Shown here in pieces: positions 34,940-47,199 of a DNA stretch of 64,000 nt (position 1 is the first letter of the stretch; each line of letters starts with the position of its first letter). Origin of the DNA: Mustelus asterias. Taxonomy: Eukaryota. Position numbers and translations under genes: made by a program. The notes beneath the pieces are model-generated. The model was not told the DNA's origin. It made no database searches and saw only the letters and a program-made list of their open reading frames with translations. The stretch is taken from positions 13,144,001-13,208,000 of the forward strand of contig NC_135830.1 in assembly GCF_964213995.1 (NCBI RefSeq), given 5' to 3'.

Positions 34940-36422
34940 AGAACATAGAACATAGAAAAACAACAGCACAAACAGGCCCTTCGGCCCACAAGTTGTGCTG
35001 AACACGTCCCTACCTTCTAGACCTACCTGTAACCCTCCATCCTATTAAGCTCCATGTACTCATCCAGGAGTCTGTTAAAAGACCCTATTGAGTTCGCCTC
35101 CACCACCACTGACGGCAGCCGATTTCACTCGCCCACCGCCCTCTGTGTGAAAAACTTACCCCTAACATCTCCCCTGTACCTACCCCCCAGTACCTTAAAC
35201 CTGTGTCCTCTCGTAGCAGACATTTCCACCCTGGGAAAAAGCCTCTGAGAGTCCACCCGATCTATGCCTCTCAACATCTTATACACCTCTATTCGGTCAG
35301 CTCTCATCCTTCGTCTCTCCAAGGAGAAAAGACCGAGCTCCCTCAGCCTATCCTCATAAGGCATGCCACTCAATCCAGGCAACATCCTTGTAAATCTCCT
35401 CTGCACCCTTTCAATCTTTTCCACATCCTTCCTATAGTGAGGCGACCAGAACTGAGCACAGTACTCCAAGTGGGGTCTGATGAGGGTCTTATATAGCTGC
35501 ATCATTATCCCCGGACTCCTAAACTCAATCCCTTGATTGATAAAGGCCAGCACACCATACGCCTTCTTAACCACCTCCTCCACCTGCGAGGCCGATTTCA
35601 GAGTCCTATGGACCCGGACCCCAAGGTCCGTCTGATCCCCTACAGTACTAAGAGTCTTTCCCTTTATATTGTACTCCTTCATCCCATTTGACCTACCAAA
35701 ATGGACCACGACGCATTTATCTGGGTTGAAGTCCATCTGCCACTTGTCCGGCCAGTCTCGCATCCCATCTATGTCCCTCTGTAACTTCTGGCATCCCTCC
35801 AGACTATCCACAACCCCACCAACCTTCGTGTCATCGGCAAACTTACCAACCCATCCCTCCGCTTCCTCATCCGTGTCATTTCTGAAAATGACAAACAGCA
35901 AGGGTCCCAGAACAGATCCCTGGGGCACACCACTGGTGACCAACCTCCAATTAGAAAAAGACCCATCTATGCACACTGTGGTGAACCATTGTTGGTTCCC
36001 ACCAGGTAGTGCTGAGCCATGGTCTGGCCAGTACTATGAGTCTGTAGATATGTTACTGTTGGGGTTAGGGTTGGGCTGTTCTACCTGTTAATATAGTCCT
36101 ATGGTACACCCCAGTTGGCTCCGCCTCCTGGGAGAGGTATAAAGGCCACTGCTCTGCCTGGTGACCCTTTAGTCTGGGATTGTATATTGTATATAGTAGC
36201 TCCGTTATTGTTGGCAATAAAAGCCTTTATTTCCCGAGTACATCCTGCCTCCCGTGTGATATATCGCGCATCACACACTATCTGCCTCCTTTGGGCAAGC
36301 CAGTTCTGGATCCACCGGGCAGCAGCCCCTTGGATCCCATGCCATCTCCCTTTTTCTAGAAGCCTTGCATGGGGGACCTTATCGAATGCCTTGCTAAAAT
36401 CCATATAAACCATATAATCCAT
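34940..36422 (-). mobile_element. CR1 family B, 5'-truncated, with nested solo LTR
   Basis: [15 protein letters not shown]...KFADDTK...; 7-bp target duplication ATGTCCT (34933-34939 / 36423-36429). Confidence 0.93.
35977..36273 (+). mobile_element. solo LTR (297 bp) of an LTR retrotransposon
   Basis: TG...CA ends; 5-bp TSD CACAC (35972-35976 / 36274-36278); TATAAA 36138-36143; AATAAA 36216-36221; removing it restores the CR1 RT sequence. Confidence 0.88.
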
Positions 36423-36542
36423 ATGTCCTGTCTCTGTTAGTTCTCTACTCGGCTCATTATCAGTTGTTCATAAGTGAAGTCAAAGCCTGTTTACACGATG
36501 GTTTCTGAATTATGACTGTGCTGAAATATGTTTCAGTTAATC

Positions 36543-36830
36543 TGGGCGGCACGGTGGCACAGCGCCAGGGACCCGGGTTCAATTCCCAACATGGGTGACT
36601 GTCTGTGTGGAGTCGGCACGTTATCCTTATGTCTGCGTGGGTTTCCTCCGGGTGCTCCGGTTTCCACTCACCGTCCGAATGAGGTGCTGGTTTGGTGCAT
36701 TTTGGCCATGCTAAATTCTCCCTCGGTGTACTCAAACAGACACCGGAGTGTGACCACTCGGGGTTCTTCACAGTAACATCATTGCAGTGTGAATGAAAGC
36801 CGACTTATGACACTAATAAATCAGCTTTAA
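36543..36830 (+). mobile_element. HE1-related SINE (variant tail)
   Basis: head with internal deletion, body and tail matching 41783-42050. Confidence 0.8.
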
Positions 36831-39800
36831 ATCTTTAATCTGGGAAGAGACTGTGTCTCAATTCCTACTGCATCAGAACCTGTATCTGTCACTCCGATAC
36901 TGGAGCAACATCCGTCTTGCGTTACACAAGTTTCGGTCACTGTCATTACTCTAATGGTTCATTAGATCTAATAAACTCGACACTGTTTTAGTTAATGCTG
37001 CACAAGTGCATGTATTTGTTTATTCAACACTGTGCCCTGCCTCTGTTATTATTGCATCATGTGATCCCTCTAATTTGCTGCATTGTCCATATCTCAGTGT
37101 CTACCAGTCTCGATCACATCTTAGTAATTATTCCCAATGCGCTAGACTCTTTCTGAGTTTATATCAGTCTAAATATCGTACCTCTAGTCATTAATAACAC
37201 ACTAAATTCTGTCTCAGTTTTTATCAGTCTAGGTCCTGCATCAGTAAAGACCACTAACACACTGGACTCTGTCTCAGTTTGTGTCAGTCCAGATTCTGGA
37301 TCAGTAATTACTGCGAATGCGCTCAGCTCTGCCTCCGTTAATATCGGTTCAGGCCTGTATCAGTAATTGACACTATATGTCTCAGTTTATATCGCGCAAG
37401 TAACTGCATTCGGTTAAATTGCACTAGACACCATCTCAGTTTTTCTTGTATTCGTTGATGTCATTCATATTTTTAAAATATTTATTTCATGGGATGTGGG
37501 TGTCTCTGGTAAGGCCAGTATTTCGCCTTAACTTCCCACAAGGCACGACCTCATTTCTATTTCACTGCATCAGGCCTCTGTTTATATTAAAATAGATCCT
37601 GTCTCTGTTAATACTCCGCTTGACCAGAGCTTAGTTTATGATGCACTAGACCCAATCCCTGTTTATATGACATTTGATCCTGACTCTGTCTATAATTCGC
37701 GAGACCAGGTCACTGTTATTACTGCACTATAGTATTCCTCTGTCTGAACTATGGCTCCATGAACATTACTCAACGGTTCTGTGAGGTAGAGAGATAATAT
37801 AATGCATAAATATGCTGGGCTATAAACATCTGTATTCAGCAGGATCTTGAAACGGAAAATATTGGATCGACAGTGTATGCTGCGCAGGGTTTGATATCTA
37901 TTTTTAATGCATCAGTAGAATGAGCTTTCAAATATCACTTCTTCTTTTCCAGTTCCCAAGACTTGTCTCCATCCGTCAGAGTTGTATCTGTAGGAGGATG
38001 CAGAGAATTGTGTTCCCATAGCCACTTTTCACATTATTGTGCAATGTCGAGTGCAGTAATAACTGAGTCCGTGTCCAATATAAAATGAACATGGACATGG
38101 TCAAGTGCATCCAGTTTAGTACAGAGAATGGTCTACATTAATAAAAGCAGAGTCATTGTCGATCTCAATATGAACAGAGACATGGTGACGTGTAATATAA
38201 ACAGAGACAGCATCTAGTTTATTATAAACAGAAAGTACGTCTAGTTTAATGTGAACAGAGACAAAATCTTCTTTAATATAAACCGAAACAGGGATTAGTT
38301 AATTTAACATCAGCAGAGACAGGTCACAGATGAGTGCAATATAGAGACAGGGCCTAGTGTCCCATCAAATATTCCAAGGGCAGGTGTAGCATGTGTTTAG
38401 GCACCGAATGTAAAGCTCCCTCCACAGTGCAACATTAAACACTCCCAAGCAGGTGTAGCACGGGATAGATAAAAAGTGAAACTCCATCCACACTATCTCA
38501 ATCATGCATTTCCAGCAAATGAAGACTGTTTAGAAACAGTAAAAACCTCTCTACACTGTCCATTGAAACAATTGGACGCTGGGACAGAAAGGGTGAGATA
38601 CAGGGAATGATCAAGATACATATTGGAGAAAAGCTCCCTCTATAGATTGAATTAAATCCATTTAGTTAGTGGCCTGAAAATAGACCTGAGAGAATACATT
38701 TGCTGGAGTTTGACTTGATGTTGTTGAGTAAAGACAATGACCCATCGTGGAGAGACAAAACAAGACACAGAATCAGAGAGGAGAAAGACAAAGAGAGATG
38801 AAGCACATTAAATCGCCGTGTCCTTATATTTTGTGATTAGAGGGAATCTTTCCTAATTTTGAACATTGATAATCATAGCTTTTGTGCAGAAAACGGATGA
38901 TAAAATATACCCAAAAAACAATCACAACTGGAATCCAATGATTGATTTGCATGTTTGTCTCTATTTCTGTGCTGTGTTGATGGGGAAATATTTGTTGCGT
39001 TTTTGTCAATCAATAAATCTAATCTGGGATTTCTATTTCTGTTTTTATTTCCATAAACACCTCACTGGTTACAATGAGATGTTTATGGCAGCAAAACCAG
39101 ATAAACCGTCATTTATTCATTAGTTTCAATTCAAAATAGCGGTTTATTTTAAGTATATTGACAGCAGGTTCAAAATCAATAGAAACTTCGTGAATACCCA
39201 TTAGACCAGACGCTATTTAATTCAAATAAAAAAATACCCTCTAATCAAGAATTTGTTCTGAAAGTTCTGATGTCAGAATAAATAAAACATGTCTGAAAAG
39301 ACTGGTATTCCACTGAATGTCAATTTGATTGATGATTTAATCTACTAAAACTAGACACGTTAAAACATCAGGCAGAGGAGTGACGATAATCGCATTAATC
39401 TCAGAGCTTTTAACATATCAATTCTTGCATTTTATAATATTAACATTTGGAAATGCCTTGCATTTTCATAACGCTTTACCTGACGTTAGGTCGTCCCAAA
39501 CCATTTACAACTCACTGATATATTTTCGCTGAAGTTATTCACTGCTGTAATGTTGGACATACAACAAGGATTTGGTGCACAACAAGCTCCCACAAAGCGA
39601 GATGTGATAAATGAACAGTAATTTTGTGATTTTAGTTGAAGAATGAGTGGCCAGGATACTGGGCAGAACAGTCCTGTTATATCGAATTTTATCAATGAGA
39701 TTTTACATTCTGTCATCGGCCTGAAATAAGAATCTGTTTCACCCACTGCTAATGCCCACTGACCTGCCTTTTTTGTTGTATTACTTTTAGAATTCCGGAA

Positions 39801-40769
39801 TTCGCAGTAGTTTGCACTGTTCTATTCATTCTCTGGATATGGGCATCACTGACAAAGTCAGCATTAATTGCCCATACTGAGAAGGCGGTTGTGAACTACC
39901 TTTTTGTAATAAGTGCCCTCTGGTCGGTTTTATTTATGTTTGACTTTCTGCAGCAACTTTGAAATACCTGAATGGCTGTTTTGTCAATTTCAGAGGCACG
40001 TAAGGGTCAGCTTCATCACTGTGGAACTGGAGTCACATGTAGGATGGACAGGCTAAACATAGCTTTTTTTATTGATTCGTGGGACTTGCACATTACTGGC
40101 TGGCCAGCATTTGTTGCCCATCTCCAGTTGCCCTTGGAGGGCAGTTGAGAGTCAACCACATTGCTGTGACTCTGGAGTCACATGGAGGTCAAACAAGGTA
40201 AGAACGGCAGATTCCGTTCCCTAAAGGGACATTAGTAAACAAGATGGGTTTTTACAACTATCAACAATGGTCTCACTGTCATCAATAGATTCTTAATTCC
40301 AGATAGTTTTTATTGATTTCAAGTTCCACCATCTGCCCTGGCGGGATTTGAACTCAGGTCCTCAGAACATTGACTGAACATTAGTTACATAGAAATTAGG
40401 AGCCGGAGGAGGCCATTCGAGCCTGATCCACCAGTCTTCATGATCATTGATTAATTTCCTATTTCAAGGCCACATTATTGGATTCTGCTCACACCCCCGA
40501 TACCATTAAAATCTAATCACAAATCAATTTATTTCTTGATTCTATTCAGTGGCATGACATCCAAAGCCTTCAGTGCTCGAGCACTCCGTATGTTCACGAG
40601 TCTCTGAAGTGAAGAAATATTTCCTCATTTCTGTCCTAACTTGGCTACCCTATGTCTTGAGACCGCATCCCTGGTTTCATACTACCTAACCAGCGAAAAC
40701 GTCCTTCCTTCATCTCGCCTGCCCAGCCCTGTTAGAATTCGTTTAATTATTCATAAGTTCATTGATTAT

Positions 40770-41055
40770 CAATGTCACAAGTAGACTACACTGCAATGAA
40801 GTTACTGTGAGAAGGCCCTATGGCCACACTCCAGCGCCTGTTCAGGTACGCTGAGGGAAAATTTAGCATGGTCAATGCACCGAATCAGCACGTCTTTCGG
40901 ACTGTGGGAGGAAAAGGGAGCACCCGAAGGAAACCCACGCAGATAATGGGAGAATGTGCAGTCTCTGCACAGACAGTGACCCAAGTTGGCAATCGACCCC
41001 AGGTCCCTGGCATTGTGAGGCAGCCGTGCTAGCCACTGTTCCACTGCATCGCCCT
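40770..41055 (-). mobile_element. HE1-related SINE
   Basis: family match to 13150-13435. Confidence 0.85.
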
Positions 41056-41142
41056 CATTTTTTATGCTTTGAATGTTGCAATCACAATTTTACGTATTTC
41101 AATCAGATCTCCTCTCATCCTTCTAAACTCGAATGAATACAT

Positions 41143-41265
41143 GAGGTGGAGATGCTTGCGTTGCACTAGGGTGTGCACAGTAAGAAGTCTCGCAACGCCA
41201 GGTTAAAGTCCAACATGTTTATTTGGAATCACGAGCTTTCCGAGCGCTGCTCCTTCATCAGGTCA
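41143..41265 (-). mobile_element. Penelope-like pLTR fragment with hammerhead-like core
   Basis: minus strand CTGATGA-AGGAGCAGCGCTCG-GAAA-GCTC-GTGA followed by AATAAA. Confidence 0.6.
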
Positions 41266-41782
41266 GTCAAGTGAATACAGGCCCAGTCGAAGCAATTTCG
41301 CCGTATAGGACAGTCCCACCAATCCGTGTATCAGCTGCACTCGCCAGAGACCCTTTCTTAGGTCGGGAGATCAAATCTATACGCATTACTCCAGATGTGG
41401 TCTGATGAAGACCAGGCATTACTGCAGTAAGACTTCACTAATTCCGAACTCAAATCTTCTTGCAACGAAGGCCTTCCCAATTGCTTGCTGTACATACCTC
41501 TACGATTTCATTGTTTGGTGTAAAAGGATACCCAGATCAATTTGTACATCACACTTCCAAATATATATTGTTTTGTGCTTTACACACGCATATAACTGTA
41601 CATTTAGCCACGTTGTATTGCATCTGGCACATGTTCACCCATTCACACAACTTGTCCAGATCACATTGAAGACCCCTGCATCCTCCTCACAGCTCACAAG
41701 TCACTGCATCCTCCTCATAGCTCACAGTTATGTATCGCCAGCCGCTTAGGACATTTTACATTTGATTTCCTTTTCCAAATCA

Positions 41783-42050
41783 CACGGTGGCACAGGGTCG
41801 GGGACCGGGTTCGCTTCCCGGCTTGGGTCATTTTCTGTATGCAGTTTGTACGTTCTCCCCGTGCTAACGTGGATTTCTTCTGGGTGCCCCGGTTTCCTCC
41901 AACATCCGAAGGACGTGCAGCTTAGGGACATTGGCCATGCTAACCTCTCCCTCAGTGTACCCGAACAGGCGCTGGAGTGTGGTGACTCGGGGTTTTTCAC
42001 AGTAACTTCATTGCAGTGTTACCGTAAGCCTACATGTGACTAATAAATAA
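41783..42050 (+). mobile_element. HE1-related SINE
   Basis: body and tail match family. Confidence 0.85.
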
Positions 42051-42260
42051 TATAAGTTGGGATCCTGAAGTACCCCACCAGTCGCTGACTGCCATTCGGA
42101 AAAAGACCCATGTATTTCCATTCTCTGTTTCTTATCTGTCAACGAATTCTACACAAATGTCAATACATTATTCCCGATCCCACGTGCTTTAATTTGACCT
42201 ACTAATATTTTACGAGGAACCGTCTCAAATGTCTTCTGAAAGTGCAAATGCACCACGTAC

Positions 42261-45200
42261 ATGCACGCTGACATAGGTAGGAAGACGGAAGGGGTAATGA
42301 AAAGAGAATATAGGGAGTTAGGTAGACAGTTGGGAAGGAGGAACGCAAAGGTTGTCCTCTCAGGATTGCTGCCTGTGCCAGGGGAAAGTGAGAGCAGGAA
42401 TGGGGTGAGGTGGAGGATGAATGTGTGGCTGAGGGACTGGAGCGGGGGGCAGGGATTCAGTTTCCTGGATCATTGGGACCTCTTTAGGGGAAGGTGTGAC
42501 CTGTACAAAAACGACGGGTGGCACTTGAATCCTAGGGAGACAAATATCCTGGCAGGAAGGTTGGCTAAGGCTACTGGGGAGACTTTAAACTAGAAAGGTT
42601 GGGGGGAGGGAATCGTGGTGAGGTGACTGAGAGCGAGGAGGCTAGCCCGCAAATAGAGAAGGATTGTACACAGTGTAAGAGGGAGAATAGACGGGTGATG
42701 GAGAAGGGGAGAGCTCAAACCAAAGGTTTGAGATATGTCTATTTTAATGCCAGGAGTGTAGTGAATAAAGTGGATGAGCTTAGAGTGTGGATCGATGCTT
42801 GGAAGTGTGATGTGGTGGCCATTACGGAGACTTGGGGACAGGGACAGGACTGGATACTTCAGGTGCCGGGTTTCAGATGTTTCAGAAAGGACAGACAGGG
42901 AGGCAAAAGAGGGGGGTGGGGAGTGGCACTGCTGATCAGGGATAGTGTCAGAGCTGCAGAGAATGTGGAAGCCGTGGAGGGATTGTCTACGGAGTCTCTG
43001 TGGGTGGAAGTTCGGAGCGGGAAGGGGTCGATAACTTTGCTGGGTGTTTTGTACAGGCCGCCCAATAGTAACAGGGATGTTGAGGAGCAGATAGGGAACA
43101 GATCCTGGAGAGATGGAGGAATAACAGGGTTGTCGTGATGGGAGACTTTAATTTCCCAAACATCGATTGGAATATCCATAGAGTAAGGGGTTTGGATGGG
43201 GAGGGGTTTGTTAGGTGTGTTCAGGAGGGTTGCCTGACATAGCATGTGGATAAGCCTACAAGAGGAGAGGCTGTACTCGACCTGGTACTGGCTAATGAGC
43301 CAGTGCCAGATGTCGGATCTCTCAGTGGGGGAGCATCTTGGGGATAGTGATCATTACTCTATCTCCTTTACGCAAGCATTGGAAAGAGATAGGATCAGGC
43401 AAGCTAGGAAAGTGTTTATCTGGAGTAAGGGGAAATATGAAGCCATCAGGCAGGAGATTAGATGCGTAAATTGGAAGGAGGCATTCTCGAGGAAAAGTAC
43501 TGAACTAAGGTGGCAGATTTTCAAGGAATGTTTGCCTCGAGTTCTGCATGACAACGTTCCGATGAGAGAGGGAGGTGTTTGTAGGTTACGGGAACCATGG
43601 TGCACGAAAGCTGCGCTGAACCTAGTGAGAAAGAAAAGGAAAGCGTACAAAAGCTTCAGAGCGCTAGGCGATGATAGGGATCTAGATGAGTAGACGGCTT
43701 GTCGGAACGAAAGAAATTAGGAGAGCCAGAAGGGGTCACGAGAAGGCCTTGGCAGGTAAGATTAAGGAGAACCCGAAGGCATTCTATAAATATGTGAAGA
43801 GTAAAAGGATGAGATCTGATGGAATAGGAATTATAAAAGGTGAAGGTGAGATAGTCTGTACAGAACCGGAAGAAATAGCAGAGGTGCTTAATGAATATTT
43901 TACCTCGGTATTCACGGTGGAAAAAGACCTGGGTGGTTGTACTACAGGACTGAGGTGGGCTGAAAAGATTGAGTATGTGGACATTAAGAAAGAGGATGTG
44001 TTGGAAATTTTGAATAGCATCAAGAGATAAGTCGCCGGGACCGGATGGGATGTACCCCAGGTTACTGTGGGAGGTGAGGGAAGAGATTGCAGAGCCTCTG
44101 GTGATGATCTTTGCGTCGTCGATGGAGACGGGAGAGGTTCTGGAGGATTGGACGATTGCGGATGTGTTTCCTATATTCAAGGAAGGGAATAGGGATCGCC
44201 CAGGAAATTACCGACCGGTGAGTCTAACCTCAGTGGTTGGTAAGTTGATGGAGAAGATCCTGGGGGACAGGATTTATGAACATTTAGAGAAGTTTCGTAT
44301 GCTCAAACGTAGTCAGCACGGCCTTGTCAAAGGCAAATCGTGCCTTACGAGACTGGTGGAGTTCTTTGAAAATGTGACTAAACACATTGACGAAGGAAAA
44401 GCGGTAGATGTGGTTTACATGGACTTCAGCAAGGCGTTCGATAAGGTCCCCCAGGCAAGACTTCTCAAGAAAGTGAGAGGGCATGGGATGCAAGGGGCAG
44501 TTGCCTTGTGGATTCAGAACTGGCTTGCCTGCAGAAGGCAGAGAGTGGTTGTAGACGGGTAATTTTCTGAATGGAGGTCGATCACCAGTGGAGTGCCCCA
44601 GGGATCTGTTCTGGGACCCTTGCTGTCTGTCATTTTCATAAATGACCTGGATGAGGAAGTGGAGGGATGGGTTGGTAAGTTTGCCGACGACACGAAGGTT
44701 GGTGGTGTTGTGGATAGGTTGGACGCATGTCAGATGCTGTAGTGTGACATTGATAGGATGCAAGACTGGGGAGAGAAGTGGCAGATGGACTTCAAACAGG
44801 ATAAATGTGTAGTGGTCCATTTTGGCATGTCGAATGGGATGAAGGAGTATAATATCAAGTGTACGACTCTTAGCAGTGTAGAGGATCAGAAGGACCTTGG
44901 GGCCCAGGTCCATAGGACTCTTAAATCGGCCTCGCAGGTAGAGGGGGTGGTTAAGAAGGCGTATGGTGTGCTGGCCTTCATCAATCGAGGGATTGAGTTT
45001 AGAAGTCAGGAGATAATAATGCAGCTTTATAAGACCCTCGTCAGACCCCACTTGGAGTACTGTGCTCAGTTCTAGTCGCCTCATTACAGGAGGGATGTGG
45101 AAATGATTGAAAAGGTGCAGAGAAGATTTACAAGGCTGTTGCCTGGATTGGTTGGCATGCCTTATGAGGATAGGCTGAGGGAGCTCGGTCTTTTCTCCTT

Positions 45201-45600
45201 GGAGAGATGAAGGCTGAGAGGTGACCTGAAAGAGGTGTACATGATGTTGAGAGGTATAGATCGGGTGGATTCTCGGAGGCTTTTTTCCAGGGCTGAAATG
45301 GCTGCTACGAGAGGACACGTGTTTAAGGTGCTGGGGAGTAGGTACAGAGGAGATGTCAGGGGTAGGTTTTTCACTCAGAGGGTGGTGGGCGAGTGGAATC
45401 GGCTGCCATCAGTGGTGGTGGAGGCAAACTCGATAGGGTCTTTTAAGAGACTTCTGGATGAGTACATGGGACTTAACGGGATTGAGGGTTATAGATAAGC
45501 CTATATATAAGCCTAGGTCGGTAGCGGCATGACCGGTGCCACTTGTGCGCCGAAGGGCCTGTTTGTACTGTATTTCTTTCTATGTTTCTATGTTCTATGT
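42261..45600 (+). mobile_element. CR1 family B, long copy: ORF1 esterase C-terminus plus complete but disrupted ORF2 (APE endonuclease and RT)
   Basis: ORF1 ...VVLSGLLPVP...DHWDLF...DGWHLN (SGNH-like); ORF2 YFNARSV...VAITETW...YRPP...GDFNFP...SDH, KSPGPDG, RT motifs; multiple stops and frameshifts; (TTCTATG)n tail. Confidence 0.93.
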
Positions 45601-47199
45601 ACCCTGGTTCCCTCCCCCCTCCCTCCATCCCCCCCCCCCCCTCACTATTCTATTACTTACAGCCTCAGAAAATGCAAGTAGGTTTGTTAAGAATGACATA
45701 TCTTCCTTAAGCCCATGCTGGCTTCATCAAATTCCGTTAATGCGTTCCAAATATTTTGCTATCATGTCTTTGATAACAGTCTCTAACATCTTCGCTTATG
45801 CTAAAGTCAGGCTGTAATTCAACATTTTTACTCTCCCTTCCTTTGTACATATTGGGATTTCATTTGTCACCCTCTAATCTATAGGAACTGATCCAGAGTG
45901 TATAGAATTTTAGAGGATGACACCAATGCACCCAATATTTTCAGGGCCATTTTCATTCATACTCTGGGATGTAGATTCTCAGGCCTTAGTGATTTACCAG
46001 CATTTCACCCCATTAATTTCCCCAGCATGATTTTGCTACGAACACTGGTGTCCTTCAATGCCAACCGGCTCTTGGTTCCCTAACATTTCTGGGAGGATAT
46101 TTGTGTCCCCTTTTGTGAAGATGGAGTCAAACTTTGTGTTCTATTCATCCAACATTTCTTTGTTCCCCATTATAATTTCCCTGGATTCTGACTGTAAGCT
46201 ACCTAATTTGTCTTAACTAATCTTTGTCTCTTCAGATATTCAGAGAAGCTTGTACAATTAGTTTCTCTGCTCCCTGCCATTATACTTTCATACTCTCTTT
46301 CCCCCCTCGCACATTGTGTCTTCTTTTGTTGAATTTTAAAACATTCCAAACCCTCAGGCTTGTTGCTTCTTCTGGCAATTTTATATGTCTTACAAGTAAG
46401 AAGTAAAATTTCCTCTCCTAAAATACGTCAGAGAAGAAGATGAACTTTGCCGAAATATGATTGTTATTAATTAGACAACGATGTTTGATTCAGCTTAATC
46501 AATTAATTGAATTGAAATTCCCCAGTTGCTGGGGTGGAATTTGAACCCTTGCCCGCAGAACATTATCTCAAGCTTCTGGAATACAAGCTTAATAATAATA
46601 TTGTACGCTACACCTTGGACTGAAATATCATCACATCCAATAATGGAACAACTGAACATTCAGCACTTTGTCACAGGTTGTATCATGAGCTCAGGTATCT
46701 GTTGTGGGAATTGAGCACATTAGCATTTGACTCAAAAATGATGTTGATTCCACTGGGATAAGACTGTTAACCGATCACAGTTTATGTTTTGACATGACAT
46801 TGAGCTCAGTGTGTCTAAACTATGAGATCTGTGTCCAATATTTCACTGATGCATTTAATTGTCAGAAGCAAGTCTTTTCTTAGCCTTGAATCTTATTCTG
46901 ACACGATGCCATTGATTGATGAGAATCCATGTGAAAGTTCCATCAATTCCTAAAATGACATCGGGAAACATGCGAGGCAGAAGGTGGTGTGGAGCTTGAC
47001 GTTCATCATGCGTGAGCTGCACTATCAGAACAGCTGAACGCGGAGTTTCTTTCCTTTAGAACAGTGCAGTTTATGGGAGATTTAGGACAGAAGTTCAAAG
47101 TTATGAATGAGCATGTTTTGCTCATTAGGAAGAAAACGCTATCCATTGGCAATAGGGCCAGTATGTAGAAGACACTGCTTTATTAGTTATTAATTAACT

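Larger units (their letters stand above)
23440..40070. repeat. segmental duplication unit B (upstream flank of the VH pseudogene)
   Basis: direct, colinear paralog of 9636-22280 with different TE insertions. Confidence 0.9.
40376..46390 (-). mobile_element. old CR1 LINE hosting nested insertions
   Basis: host fragments 40376-40740, 41093-41140, 41266-41782, 42055-42258 and 45660-46390 are colinear with family C (25946-27992). Confidence 0.7.
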
